DNA of 64,000 nucleotides from Picochlorum sp. SENEW3 (GCA_034226945.1 CP120453.1:1302001-1366000), one strand, 5' to 3'; counted from the first letter of the stretch, positions 40,075 to 53,134 are shown. Numbers and translations are program-made. Notes: generated by a model from the letters alone, not told the origin.

Positions 40075-41021
40075 ATGATGCAGACAGCAATGAGCCATCG
40101 TTCCATTTTTACTTGTGCTTCCTCCACGTGTGGGATGCCTCGCCAGGCACGCCGAACGGTGTGTTTAGGGGCTCGATTGCAATCTTATACTAGCACATTG
40201 TGTAAAACATCGAGGAAAATGGCACATATGCATGGACAAAGAGGGTACGTGCCTTGGTACCTCCATAGGGACTAGGTAGCCACGGAATACGATACCAACG
40301 AGATATAAGATCAATCGAGAGCAACATGCATGTTGATGATGTGTAGGTTACATTGTGAGCGATGGATCGTCCGAGCAGGTGATGAAGATGCTGCGTTCAC
40401 TGTGGAGGAGGAGACTGTGCGTGTGTCTTCATAACACAGTGTATATAGAAAGTCACACACTCACTGTGCATACCATGTACTGCTGTGCAGATGGAAAAGA
40501 TGGAAAAATCTCTCGATAGCGTCAAGAGGAATTTCGGGACGGTGAGGACCGGAAGGGCAAGTCCTTCCATGCTGGATCGTATTGTTGTTGAGTACTATGG
40601 AGCACCAACCCCATTGCAGCAGATTGCCAATGTGACAACACCAGAGGCTTCTTTGCTTGTCATTCAACCATACGATATTAGTGCCATTCCAGACATCGAG
40701 AGGGCAATCCAGGGTTCTGATCTGGATCTCACCCCCAACAATGATGGAAAGGTCATTCGCCTGCAGGTGCCTCCACTCACTGCTGAACGCCGTAAAGAGA
40801 TGACAAAAGTGACAAGTAAGATGGGAGAGGAGGGAAAGGTGGCCGTGAGGAATATTAGACGCGATGCCATGAAGTCAATTGAGAAACTGGAAAAGGATGG
40901 TGATATCGGGGAGGATGGCAGGAAGAATTTGGAAGATGTTGTGCAGAAACTCACGGATGATTACGTCAAGCAGATTGATGCGTTGATGAAGGCCAAATCT
41001 GATGAGCTGACCAAAGTATAG
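40075..41021 (+). CDS. RRF: Chloroplast ribosome recycling factor
   Basis: Transit-peptide exon, two introns, VRTGRASPSMLD, LTPNNDGKVIRL, KVAVRNIRRDA. Confidence 0.95.
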
Positions 41022-41535
41022 TAGTAATAAGTACGATGTATACATGTTAGTTTTCATGGCCTAGGCACTTTCCCTTATCTTGGAAGAAGCTATTCACGTT
41101 GTCCACCGGAGTGTTGACAAGGACAAAACAAGCCCAAAGAGGGTTTAAAAACCTCTGATCGTACCTCGAAAACCGAACATGTTTTCCAAAATTACATCGC
41201 GCTTGTATATTATTATTGAAAGAAAAGACAAGGACACAAAAGACAAAAAGCGAAAGACAGGCTAAAACTAAAATTCAGGTTCAAAACTGCTCGAGATTTC
41301 GAAAATCCACCTGGAAAGATTCTTTCCGAAAGAAGATGGTACTCGATCCAAACCTGGATGTATCACTACTAAACATAATCATGCCATCGGCATGAGCAAA
41401 ACACGAATTTTAGATGAAGAAGTTCCACCTGAACAAGGAACACAGATCTATAGATAGCGTTATCACTCCATTGCACTATAATCCAATGTAGTTACAAGAG
41501 GAGTAACGCACTGCTATAGGCATTAGACTACCACT

Positions 41536-41746
41536 CTAATGAAGCTGCCAGACTTTTCGATAGTCTAACATATTTTTGATCGAGCAGAGTGACTTCTTCA
41601 CCTCCTCGTCGCAAGCAAGCCCGTCCAAGCCACAACCCTCTGTCTCGAACCACCACTCTGGTTTTTCCCATTGATAGTACGTCTCCAACGCCTTTCCATG
41701 CGTGTTATAATAGTTTTCGATCGCTTGTGCGAGTTTTACAGGCCCA
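41536..41746 (-). pseudogene. 3' remnant of an unidentified gene (possibly a DXD/GT32-type glycosyltransferase)
   Basis: GPVKLAQAIENYY..PEWWF..WQLH-stop; no plausible start, abuts the WD40 remnant head-to-head. Confidence 0.45.
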
Positions 41747-41749
41747 AGT

Positions 41750-42121
41750 GTGGTTAAAACAGTCATGTGGTGTCCATCGAACGAACATCTGTTGCTTTCG
41801 GCTGGAAATGATTCATTGGACATTATGGATATACGCAGTCCAACCAATGTGATGCATTCTTTCAGAGGTCATAATGATCATGGCTCTAGCGGCATCTATC
41901 AGCCAGTTTTTGTGAACAATGGTGCATCTGTTCTTACAGCTGGCTCTGGTAAATCGTCGCAGTGCCTGACGCTATTTGACGTATAAAAGGGGGAAATGAT
42001 TTCAAAAGGAGACGTTGGATGGTCTATTGGGGCATCGCATGTGATTCAGAAGGGCAATACAGAGTTCATCATCTTTTCTGGCCCTAGGAAAGTCTCATTC
42101 TTTTCTCCATGCTATGCGTGA
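41750..42121 (+). pseudogene. 3' remnant of a WD40-repeat gene with in-frame TAA
   Basis: VKTVMWCPSNEHLLLSAGND..IMDIR..FRGH; TAA at 41984-41986, after which the frame continues KGEMISKGDVGW.. to TGA 42121. Confidence 0.75.
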
Positions 42122-42188
42122 TAATTTATACGCTGTATTAAATACAAAGATGACAACTTGTAGACTTAATTAAATATTAATGTACATG

Positions 42189-43684
42189 TTACGATAGAAG
42201 GTCTGCAAAGGGGTCCTTCTTTTCAGAAGCTGCTGGTGCAGGCTGCACCTGTTGTGTGGCAACAGCAGTGTTGAAGGGATCAAAAACATCCTCGACTTTC
42301 TCCTTTGGCGGCTCTGAAAACATGGCGTTCTGATTTTGAGGAACAACGTCGTTTGGATTGGATAAACTTGCGAATATATCTTCCGGCAGTGGAGCACTCG
42401 CCTCTGTTTTCTGAGGTTGGGGAGATGTTGACGGCACATCTACAGAACTGTTTCCGTTTCCGCCAAATGGATCCCATGCTGGTTGTTGAGCAGCCTTCTC
42501 AACATGTGCCGAGTCTTGATCGCTCGTAGCAGCGGGAACATCCAGGGTGCCTAATAAATCCAAAGGATTGTCCCCAGAGGATGGCTTTTCATCAGTTCCT
42601 CCTCTGCTGGTAGTCGCTGGTGGTGCTGATGCCACAGGCATCTTGAGGCCCAAGGACGCTGCGATCTTTGGATTTGCTTTGACATCCGACAATTTTTTCT
42701 TTGGAGTCCGTTTCGATGTCTCCTCTGTCGAAGGAGAGGACAGTGCCATCTTTGCAATCCGTGCTTGTGTCGCTCTCACAGGAGAAATCTCTTCCTCCTG
42801 CCTAGTTGATGAAAAACTCTTACTGGCCATGGGAGGGGATACGTCTCTTCCTTCACTTGTCTGTCCTCCAACGGAAAATGATGTGGGATTCGTGGAAGAC
42901 TGTGAACGGAAAGACTGTGATCTGGGAGCAGAGCCCTCACCAGGTCTTGTCAATGACGATGAATGAAATCCACCACTCCGTGTGGAACTACCAAACCCAG
43001 TGGCCCCTGCCCTCATCTGACTTGCCGAAACCCCTGTGTATTTGGCTTTATTCTCAGCAGCCTTCTGTCGCTCCTCCTCGAGCCGATGTGGATTCTCAAC
43101 AAGCTCTGATATCTCAGTAGCACGATGCCTAATGTTCACTCCCTGCACATTGATAATTCTATATCGCAATATGTACTAACAAACCGTGTGAAACGAAAAT
43201 AATACACATACATGATCCTTCCCATTCGCATCCTTGTACTCAAAATGCTTGAGTGAGTTCAACACAGATGAACTATTTGCAACATCTAATGCCACTTTCT
43301 GCACAAACACATTCACCGGCAAATTGTAGTCCGTAATATAGACAGACTATGTAACAATCTATCAAGTTCACAAGAAAACCATACCTTTGGGCCATGCTTG
43401 ATCAGATATTCCAACAACAGCAATGCTTTGTAACACATTCTCCAGCGCTCCTCCTTCTCCTGCAACCGTCTTGCAATCACCCCCAGCACCTGTCGATACC
43501 CCTCTGGATCATAACAAGCCTCTGCAATCTCGGCCATTGTCTTCCCATGAGGACCCCATGTATCCATATTCGTAGCTTCCTCTACCTGAACTTCCAAGGG
43601 GCTCAGATTCATGGCATACTGCTTCACCTTGTTCGTTGCATTCCGAACAAGCCCCCTCCAATCCACAGACCTCATCTTATCCAT
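42189..43684 (-). CDS. ENTH-domain epsin-like clathrin adaptor
   Basis: VEEATNMDTWGPHG, WRMCYKALLLLEYLIKHG, G.D|QGVNIRHRA, DPF motifs, terminal DPFADLL. Confidence 0.92.
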
Positions 43685-44044
43685 CTTTGTCTTTGTTCTC
43701 TATGGTTCTGTATCGTATCTGTGAATACGAGGGCCTCGGTGGATCGACAATGAGTATTTCACTCTTCTTCTTCTTCCTTTTGCCAAAAGTCAAGCCTTTC
43801 TGGTTCTTTAAAACTATCACAGTCGTGAGAAAATCGACGTAGAAGCGAAATTGAGAATGCTCTGAAGGTCATGCGCGTCTTTCTTTCAATGACACACACT
43901 TGCCAGAGAGAGATTTTCACCGTAAATAGAACATTAGATGACCGATCCCTCTACGAGTACAACAGAATTCACGGAACCCTCGTTCATTGAAGATATAGAT
44001 TTCATAGTAAGATTTTAGAGACTCAGTATGAACCCACGTTCTCT

Positions 44045-45730
44045 ATGGTTGGTGGAAGTCAGTCTGCCCTCGTGCTGGCAGCGAGTCTGATGCGTCGACA
44101 ATGGGGACAATCTACACGACACACATTCTCTTACGAATACCAAAACATGGTTGATGTGGCGAGAAGGTTCTTTGCATCGACTACGAGTGCACCAAGGGTG
44201 GAGAATTTGTTTATTGATGGGTTGGCTGTACCATCAAAATCCAAACCAGAGACTCACATCCCAGTGTACAACCCAGCGACGCAAGAAGTGTTAAGCATGT
44301 TACCAGAGACAACTATGGATGAGTTTCATGCGGCGGTGGAGTCTTCCAAGAAGGCTTTTACGACGTGGTCTACAACGCCTGTACCGCAGAGAGCTCGAGT
44401 GATGCTCAAGTACCAGGAACTGATTCGGAGGGACATGGATAAACTTGCGATGAATATCACTCAAGAACAAGGGAAGACGTTGGAAGATGCACGTGGTGAT
44501 GTGTTTCGCGGGTTAGAAGTGGTGGAGTACTCATGTGGCATTGCAACACAATTGCTTGGGCAAGTTCAAGAGAATGTGGCACAAGGTATCGACACAATGA
44601 GTATTCGGCAACCTCTAGGAGTGACTGCGGGTATCTGTCCATTTAATTTCCCAGCCATGGTGCCTCTGTGGATGTTCCCAGTATCAATTGCAGCTGGGAA
44701 CACTATGATTCTCAAGCCGAGTGAGCATGATCCTGGGGCATGTATGCTGTTGGCAGAATTGGCGACAGAAGCTGGTTTGCCACCAGGGGTTTTGAATATT
44801 GTTCATGGAAGGCACGATGTCGTGAATGCTATTCTAGATCACCCTGATATAAAATGTGTGTCCTTTGTTGGATCGAATTCTGGAGGAAAGCATGTGTATT
44901 CCAGGGCATCTGCTCATGGGAAGCGAGTTCAGGCGAACACGGGAGCCAAGAATCATGCAGTCATCATGCCCGATGCTGATGTCGATCAGGCAGTCAATGC
45001 ACTGGTAGGGGCTGCGTTTGGAGCTGCTGGACAGCGTTGTATGGCTGTGAGTGTTGCTGTGTGTGTTGGTGGGATGACTGATGAATTTCGGAAGGCCCTT
45101 GTGGAGCGTGCAAAAGGTCTTAAAGTAACAGCTGGATGGGAGCCTGGAGCTCAGGTTGGACCTCTCATCTCAAAGGAATCAAAACAGAGGGTATGTCGCA
45201 TCATTGAGACTGCCCCAAAGCAAGGTGGCAATGTTATTCTGAATGGGAGGGATATTGTTGTAGAACAATACCCGCATGGAAATTTTGTCGGACCTACAAT
45301 CATCACCAATGTTGATTCGTCCATGGAATGTTACAATGAGGAGATATTTGGACCAGTGCTTGTATGCATGAATGTCGACTCCCTGGACGAGGCCATTTCT
45401 GTCATCAATGCAAATGAGCATGGAAATGGAACCGCAATTTTTACCTCTTCAGGCGCTATCGCGCGTCAGTTTCAAACAAAGGTTGATGTGGGTATGGTCG
45501 GGATCAATGTACCCATCCCTGTGCCTGCGGCATCATCAGGAGAATTCAGTTTTACAGGTTGGAGAGGATCCTTCTATGGTGATTTGAACATGTATGGGAA
45601 AATGGGAGTAGAATTCTTCACTCGGACAAAAACAATCACATCAAGCTGGAAACTTCCCTCAGACGGACAAGGCAAGAAAAATACTGCCTTGCCGGGCCTC
45701 AGTGGCGTGGGTGCATCGCCGCCATCATAG
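44045..45730 (+). CDS. ALDH6: Methylmalonate-semialdehyde dehydrogenase, mitochondrial
   Basis: [56 protein letters not shown]. Confidence 0.95.
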   Translation: MVGGSQSALVLAASLMRRQWGQSTRHTFSYEYQNMVDVARRFFASTTSAPRVENLFIDGLAVPSKSKPETHIPVYNPATQEVLSMLPETTMDEFHAAVESSKKAFTTWSTTPVPQRARVMLKYQELIRRDMDKLAMNITQEQGKTLEDARGDVFRGLEVVEYSCGIATQLLGQVQENVAQGIDTMSIRQPLGVTAGICPFNFPAMVPLWMFPVSIAAGNTMILKPSEHDPGACMLLAELATEAGLPPGVLNIVHGRHDVVNAILDHPDIKCVSFVGSNSGGKHVYSRASAHGKRVQANTGAKNHAVIMPDADVDQAVNALVGAAFGAAGQRCMAVSVAVCVGGMTDEFRKALVERAKGLKVTAGWEPGAQVGPLISKESKQRVCRIIETAPKQGGNVILNGRDIVVEQYPHGNFVGPTIITNVDSSMECYNEEIFGPVLVCMNVDSLDEAISVINANEHGNGTAIFTSSGAIARQFQTKVDVGMVGINVPIPVPAASSGEFSFTGWRGSFYGDLNMYGKMGVEFFTRTKTITSSWKLPSDGQGKKNTALPGLSGVGASPPS

Positions 45731-45742
45731 CCATTATTTCAT

Positions 45743-46801
45743 TCAAGTTCTTTTTCGGCGGACATCACGTGCAGTCGACATCGTGTAATTTTCAAAATAC
45801 CAAAAGTATCCAGAAGCATCAAGAAGATCTTTCCATGGCTGCAAGTCATCTATGGATGCATGGATACTGAATTCAGCCCGCTGCAAGAGTTGAATCTGCT
45901 GCTGCACCAATCGAGGCACGAGGCTCTCAAAAGTCCCAGACATCTCCTTTTCATCAGACGCATCGCTCACACGCGCACAGACGGATGTCTTGTTTTCTTT
46001 TTCTGAATTAATTCTATCCTCCTGCTTCATCTCTAAAGGCTGCTTGTCCCCATTCCCAGAACTCCTCATCCGAGCCTGCTCTACCATGGCATTGTACCCT
46101 TTCACAACATGCTCAATCGCAGGGTGGTAGGCTAGGTATGACTTGAATACTTGAGATCTCACCCTAGAACATACCCATTGATCGGAAATGTACAATGCTG
46201 CAAGAATAGAGAGCTCGTCGATAGGAATTGCATGACCATCCCCATCATCATGCATGGCCAGCCGGGCCTTGTCCAGAATGAAGAGCACATGGGCCAGCGT
46301 CCATCCCATCGTACCATACTCACCTTTCCCCACATTGTGCATCCTATACGCCGTTTTAAATAACAATGCACTGAATACACTCCACGACGCTAGGTGCTTT
46401 AAAACGGAGGCTAACACTCTGCGATCACGCAGAGATGTCACTGCACTGCTCTCTTCTTCTCCATGCAAAAAGTCATCGAACGGTATCGGAAGATGAATCC
46501 TCCCATACCGACCCACAAAAGTTCGCTCCATAATGTTAAAGAATTTTTCTTCGCCTGGCTGCTGGTAGTATGTTTCTCCCTTCTCGCCATCACCATCTGG
46601 GCCCCTCCAGGATGCAGAGTCATGCTGGTGCTGCTGTATTTGATGCCTGGTATCTGGCACCACACAAAGCTCGTGTTGACTCTTTTTCTCTCCTAAATCA
46701 TCGCTATGAATGTTTTGAGATGCTCGTGTACGTTTCAACAACCGCTTCTGTCTCGGCACCTCAAGAGAGGCATTCTTTCTCTCGTGTGATGATACTGTCA
46801 T
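45743..46801 (-). CDS. Hypothetical protein, weak cyclin-box resemblance
   Basis: 352-aa ORF; LFILDKA..SILAALYIS..LVQQQIQLLQRAEFSI spacing resembles a cyclin fold. Confidence 0.5.
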   Translation of the reverse strand: MTVSSHERKNASLEVPRQKRLLKRTRASQNIHSDDLGEKKSQHELCVVPDTRHQIQQHQHDSASWRGPDGDGEKGETYYQQPGEEKFFNIMERTFVGRYGRIHLPIPFDDFLHGEEESSAVTSLRDRRVLASVLKHLASWSVFSALLFKTAYRMHNVGKGEYGTMGWTLAHVLFILDKARLAMHDDGDGHAIPIDELSILAALYISDQWVCSRVRSQVFKSYLAYHPAIEHVVKGYNAMVEQARMRSSGNGDKQPLEMKQEDRINSEKENKTSVCARVSDASDEKEMSGTFESLVPRLVQQQIQLLQRAEFSIHASIDDLQPWKDLLDASGYFWYFENYTMSTARDVRRKRT

Positions 46802-47102
46802 CTCGACGAATACTGCCGTGTCCTACTAAAAAAATACTGATGCCCTGTCAAATCAAACATATATTTCTATTATAGTAAGCCATGTATCAATACAACGCGG
46901 CATCGTGATGTACCCAAGCGCATGCATGAGAAGGCCATCCATCTCTTGTTTGCATGGAGGCACCGTATTAAAAAATCTCCTTCATGCCGACTCATTATTG
47001 CTGATCTGTCATATAAACAAATAAGACATAATAAAAAGGCTCTCAAGAAACCAAGTAGAAACACCCCTGTAGCATACCACGACGACAATGAGCTCCGTGG
47101 GC

Positions 47103-48103
47103 ATGCTTCGGCGTAACGCTCGCCTGCGAAAAGAATATTTGTATCGAAAAAGCCTCGAAGGAAAAGAAAAGGAACTATATGAGAAGAAAAGAAAGATCCG
47201 ACAGGCTCTGGAAGGTACGCAAGCGTGCATGAAAGAATCCGTGAATGCATTCGACTTGGACCCAAAACATGCGAATCCCTGTGATATTTACACATTATTC
47301 ATATTGCAGAAGGAAAACCTATACCGACTGAATTACGACGGGAAGAAGCAGAGTTGAGACGGGAAGTAGAGTTGGAAGATGACAACACAGCTGTTCCTAG
47401 AACCCACATGGACGACGAGTATGCAAATGCAGGAGCATTGCAGCCCAAAGTGCTCATTACAACTTCTCGAGATCCAAGTAGTCGATTAGCGCAGTTTGCA
47501 AAGGAGCTCAAGCTCATATTCCCGAATTCTCAGAGGCTGAATCGAGGAGGTCTGGTGGTGGGTGACTTGATCGAGTCTAGTCGCAGCCATGAATTCACAG
47601 ACATCATCGTTGTTCACGAGCATCGAGGAGAACCAGATGGTATGGTTGTCTGCCATCTCCCATACGGACCTACAGCATACTTTGGAATCCACAATACCGT
47701 CTTGCGTCATGACATTGGGGATAAGAAGGATGTAGGGACTGTGTCAGAGGCCTACCCGCATTTGATATTTGAAGGATTCACCTCCAAGCTTGGGAAGAGG
47801 GTGTCTGATATACTAAAACATCTGTTTCCAGCGCCAAAGATGGAGACCAAGAGGGTGATGACGTTTGCAAACATGGATGATTATGTGTCCTTTCGACACC
47901 ATACCTATGATATGCCACGCGGGGAAGATAGTATTACGCTGACGGAAAAGGGTCCAAGATTTGATATGAAACTGTATCAGATCAAGCTTGGAACATTAGA
48001 TCAAAAGCATGCTGAGAATGAGTATGTGCTGCGTAGTTATATCAATAGTGCCAAGAGGCAAAAACTTCAGGATGATGATGATGATGATGGCAATGCATCC
48101 TAG
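47103..48103 (+). CDS. IMP4: U3 snoRNP protein IMP4 (Brix domain)
   Basis: MLRRNARLRKEYLYRKS, intron, ITTSRDPSSRL, HEHRGEPD, HLPYGPTAYF, EKGPRFDMK. Confidence 0.96.
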
Positions 48104-48196
48104 TAGTTTTGTATCTAATCTGTATGTAGTGCTGCTGATCAGGCCTGATTCGTACATACATAAATTCAATAGTAGTATTTAATACAATATATACAT

Positions 48197-49658
48197 ATGA
48201 CTAGTATGATTGAGAGTGTTTTATCCGAGAATACTCCATATCTGGAGTTTGTGTTGGCGTTTTCTAGCCTTGTGACTGTGTTACACTTGTACTTGGATTT
48301 TAGGCAGTTAAAGGTGGGTTGAGTGGCATTATTTTGAATATGTAACGTTATTTGACCATCAGAACATGAAGATGGAAGGATGGATGCGATCATGTGGGTA
48401 GAAATTCGACGTTCGACGTGTAGACTGATCAATTGATTGAATTTCCGATTCTGGGGTGTGTATGTAGGTGCTTCGGAATACTGTTCCCCCGAATGTTGTT
48501 AAACATTTATATACGAAATCCGAATGTGAGAGTAAAGCGTCATACCAGACGGATAAGCTTCGGTTTGGAATAGTCCATACGGTGTTTGAGAGCGTCTTGA
48601 GCCTGGTGATGCTTTCCGAGGGGTACTACCCATATGTATGGAGGCTTTCTGGGGTCATTCTTGCGAGAATGGGATGGGATGGTGGAGAGATAGGACAGAG
48701 TATTGTGTGGGTGCTTGTTCTGTCGTTGATATCCACATGCATGTCTCTTCCTTGGTCTCTGTACTCCACATTTGTGATTGAGGAGAGGCATGGGTTCAAC
48801 AAGACGGCGCTTGGTACATTTGTGATGGATATTATCAAATCGACCATGTTGACGTTTGTTCTGGCGCCGCCGATTATAGCAGGAATTGTGTATATATTAT
48901 TGCATACTGGTCCTGCCATGGCACTGTATTTGTGGGGTTTCATGCTGGTGCTGTCTCTGGTCATGCTGACCGTGTATCCAGTATTGATTGCACCATTGTT
49001 CAATAAATATACACCGTTGGAAGAAGGATCGCTCCGTGAAAAGATCGAGGCGCTTGCAGCGTCGTTGAAGTTTCCTTTGAAGAAGCTGTTTGTGGTGGAT
49101 GGGAGTAAGAGGAGTGCCCACTCCAATGCCTACATGTATGGGTTTTTCAAGAATAAACGCATTGTGTTGTATGATACGCTTATAGGTCAGTGCAGTGAGG
49201 AGCAAGTGACGGCGGTGTTGTGCCATGAATTGGGACATTGGAAGCTAGGTCATACGAAATTTTTGTTCCTGGGGACCCAGGTGATTCTTGGGGCTCAGTT
49301 GGGATTGTTTGCAGCTCTTCGGGGAGCACCAGGGATGTATGAAGCATTTGGATTTATTGGAAAGGGTCAGAAACCGGCATTGGCAGCATTGGTGTTGTTC
49401 CAGTTGTTGGTGGGTCCATTGGATGAATTTTTATCATTGCTTCAGAATATGGTGTCGAGGGCCTTTGAATTCCAGGCAGATGCCTTTGCAGTGTCCATGG
49501 GGAAGGCTGCGCAGTTGAAAGAAGCGCTTTGTATTTTGGATAAGGAGAATAAGGGACCACCAAATGTGGATAGTTGGTACTCGACGTATCACTATTCTCA
49601 TCCACCTCTTCCAGAGAGGCTCATGGCTGTTGAAAGACGTGCCAAGAAATCAGACTAG
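48197..49658 (+). CDS. STE24: CAAX prenyl protease 1 (M48)
   Basis: Intron 48314-48467; FVIEERHGFNK, DGSKRSAHSNAY, HELGH, SRAFEFQAD, YSHPPLPERL. Confidence 0.96.
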
Positions 49659-49788
49659 ATTGTGTTGATGAACGCATGTACATGACAATGTCGTTGTAGT
49701 GATTTATTTTTACTTTCTTCTGCAAGTCATAGTATCTATATATGTTGGATTTAGTAGTACAGATACACCATAGTACACATGGATGATA

Positions 49789-50532
49789 TCATAACTTGTG
49801 TCTGATCACCCACGTCCCATATGCTACTGCAACACCACACAGCAGTGGAACCGTCACCATACATCCTCCGTGTATCAGATTCAAAAGCGTTATACACGCA
49901 GCGAGGCAATGTACACCGGAAGCCGACATTCTCTTGGACCAGGCACCATACTTGGCCATGGCAGCATGAGAATGCAGTGTTGACAGCGTGATAATACTTG
50001 ATATCGCTAGCATTGATACTGCCCCAACAGTAAATACAGACATCTGAGGACATGTCTGATTATATAACGTACCACCTCCCATCAGCAATGGGATCCAACT
50101 ACCACTAAACACCATGGCATGAACTATGGCATGGCTAAGACCTTGGGTGATTGCCAGCAAGAGAATGTCCTTGGCAACCAGAGGTGACCCCTGTCTTTTA
50201 CCCAACACATCCACCACAGCGCCATGGACGAGCCACGATCCGTACCTCCCAATCTCTTGAAATATCATGGAAACCACAAGGATACGTATATTATGCATGA
50301 GAGGAGATCCCTCCGAATGAAAGAGCGCCGTGTGCTCATCTGTCAACAGGCTGGGTGATGGTTCAAACCATACCAGTACAGAAGCCATCCCAAAAAGCAC
50401 AGCAAGCCAGAAAAACATGCATGCTATGCTATACAGTATCGTGAATGAAGAAGACATGACAGTGGCACAGTAGACTGAGGCCAATGGCCCTGCAATAATG
50501 AGCAACGAACCAAGACCTCCGACACTGACCAT
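49789..50532 (-). CDS. APH1: Gamma-secretase subunit APH-1
   Basis: Seven hydrophobic segments, AGP near N-terminus, FFWL, QEIGR, GLSHAIVH, GTLYNQTCPQMS. Confidence 0.8.
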   Translation of the reverse strand: MVSVGGLGSLLIIAGPLASVYCATVMSSSFTILYSIACMFFWLAVLFGMASVLVWFEPSPSLLTDEHTALFHSEGSPLMHNIRILVVSMIFQEIGRYGSWLVHGAVVDVLGKRQGSPLVAKDILLLAITQGLSHAIVHAMVFSGSWIPLLMGGGTLYNQTCPQMSVFTVGAVSMLAISSIITLSTLHSHAAMAKYGAWSKRMSASGVHCLAACITLLNLIHGGCMVTVPLLCGVAVAYGTWVIRHKL

Positions 50533-50980
50533 GCTACAGCGTATGTGCTTGTCTACTCCTTGTCCTTCTGCCCCTCCTTCTCCGTCTCAGAAATTACGGC
50601 GACTCCAGCATGATGCACATTCTTGTGATATTTAATATAGGGTTAGTATCTACAACAAACAGAGCATGCTGTTTTGAAGATGATGCCTTGCAATTGCAAG
50701 ATGAAATACTTTAAAGTAGAAAATTTTCTTTTGCCATCTTTTTACGGAGAGCATGGCCAAACGATGATCAGGAATGAATCATTATTACCCCGACGCAGGC
50801 AGGTAATTGTATTTTAAAATAGTAGTAATATTTTTGTGGAAGAATACTTTGGCGAGTCCTGGTCGGAGACCCTACCAGCACTGCTTGAGATTTGGTATCA
50901 CGCGTCGGGGTTTCAAAATACTTTTGCTCATATCGATCTTGGGCTTTCTTCTCTCGAGTATTCATTATTCGTAAATAAAA

Positions 50981-53134
50981 ATGGATGAGAAGGTGACAGT
51001 ACCATCGTCGGCGCTGCAAGAGGTGTGTTTGCGTTGCGTTGTGATTGATCGGGGTACTCGGTCCAGTTTCTCAAAGGAGCTTGCGGGGTACTCGTGGGAA
51101 ATTGTTTTGAGGGATAAACATAATACTATTCTTTTGTTGTAGTTGCTGGCGAGGCTGACGGATCGGAGATTGAGGGTGGATATGGAGCTGAGTGCTCTTG
51201 GAAGTGAGACGAGGAATCATCAGGATATATTCAAGCACTGTCGTCAATTTGAGAGGGCATTTCAGACCATGTTAAATGAGGCGAATGTGGCGTTCAAGAT
51301 TCGAGCTGTGGTGGAAGGGCACCTTCCAGAGATGCTGTATAAGATTCCAATTGAAAAGAGGTTTAATAAGAATTATACCAGGGAGATTTGTCGGGAAGCT
51401 GATGGATATCAGCCTCATCTTGTATCTCCTGAGAAGGGAATAAAAAGGCTTGTGGTGGAGGCCATGCGGCTTACGGAGGATCATGTGCACAGGTTTGTTG
51501 ATGAGATTCACCTTGTTCTCATGGAGACTGTGAAGGAGGCTGCACGGCACACGATGACATTGGAAATGACTGGTGGAAAGATGACTGGAGGTGGTAATTA
51601 TGAGTTTTTGCGATTGAAAGGGTTTGAGAATGCAGTGATTATTGCTGCATCCCAGGCTTTGGAGGAATGGAGGGCAGAGGCACACAAGGTGGCGTCTGTC
51701 ATGGTGCAGATGGAGTGCGATTATGTGACTCCTTCGTATTTTAGAGATTTAGAAAGACAGTGGCAGGAGGAAGCTGCATCGGCGGGATTGGAGAATGGAG
51801 AGGTGGCGGTGGACAACAATGAGGTGGGCGACTATGAGGATCATGGTGATGATTCTGATGAAGAGCATGCTGATGATATGTCATCGCCACGGGATGTTGG
51901 AGGAAAAGAAGGCAAAAGTCAGAATCGTGAAGATTGGATGGCGGGTTGGTTGGAGAAGAAGGCTGGAGAGACATCAAATCTGTCATCTTTGCCAGTTGAC
52001 TCTTGGAGATGGCAGAAGCGTTGGTTTGTCTTGTCGCTCGAGTCTGGGATACTCTTGTATTACTCATCACCAGATGATGTGAACAAGAAACAGCCTAAAG
52101 TTGCCATGAATTTGAGGGATTGCATAGTTGAGGACTTGCAAATGGAAGATGGCGTGAGTTCAAAGAAATCAGGACAGAAGTTGGATGACAATGGAAGCCC
52201 CGTGTCATTATTGATCAGAATAGCGTTGAAAAATCCAAATCAAAAGACGTCGACAAAATACCAAGCCATGGTTCTGCGAGCTGCGACACCAGCTGAAAAG
52301 TACGAGTGGTTGGCTGTCATGCGACATGCAACTGAACCTAGAAAGCAACAACCAAAGTCAAAGCAGCAAAGTAACGCGCCTCCTCCAGCATCAGCCCCAT
52401 CTCGAGGTCTCATGACAAAGACAGAGAGTGCAGAGCAAAAGGGACTCATAGGACGAACAGTAGATAAAATGACGCATCAGTTTTCAAGACTCACAGGGTT
52501 AGGAAGCAGTAAGATGGGAGACATGATTGCAGTTGGTTCTATAGAAGATTTGGATCAATATTATGAGAAGCTTGGTACATTTTGCGGTCTGTATGCTCGC
52601 ATGACGTACGATCGCATGGCAAAGACTGTTCCTAAAGCAATCATTCTATGCCAAGTGATTCGGTCCAGAGACCGATTGTTGGATCAATTGTTCCAGTACT
52701 TGTCGACAAGAACAGAGAAAGAAATCGAATACATGCTTCAGGAAGACCCTGCCGTGTCACGGCGCCGTGCTGCTGCCTCCCAGGCAGCCAAGGATATCTC
52801 AGAGTCCTTGGAAGAGATTCGAAAGATTGTAGATGTGCGCAACGCACAGGAAGTTAGGAAATCAGAGGAGAGTGTTTGCACCAGAACACTACTCCTCGCG
52901 GGTGCCTTCCCCCTAGTTCCAAGCGACAAAGTCCCCAAATCAACAGACCCAGGCAGGCTCTATGGAGAGTTCACACCAAATGCTCTTGTCAGCGGTCCCG
53001 AGGCGAAGCAGTCCCTTGCCAATCCAATCGAAGACAACAATGAAAAGGAGCACCCGCCAAAAGAAAAGGCACCCGCTGCAGAAAAAGCAGTCAAACCACG
53101 GCGACAAGCCCCACCTCCACCTCCGTCATCCTAA
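50981..53134 (+). CDS. DRP2-like dynamin (middle-PH-GED-PRD) lacking the GTPase domain
   Basis: 14-codon exon 1, intron 51023-51142, EADGYQPHLVSPEKG, PH domain (AGWLEKK..WQKRWFVL), GED (KTVPKAIILCQV, LQEDPAV), Pro-rich tail. Confidence 0.85.

Noticed and set aside
10852..49658. Prenyl-protein processing cluster (ICME and STE24)
   Set aside because: 36 kb and many unrelated genes apart; chance co-location
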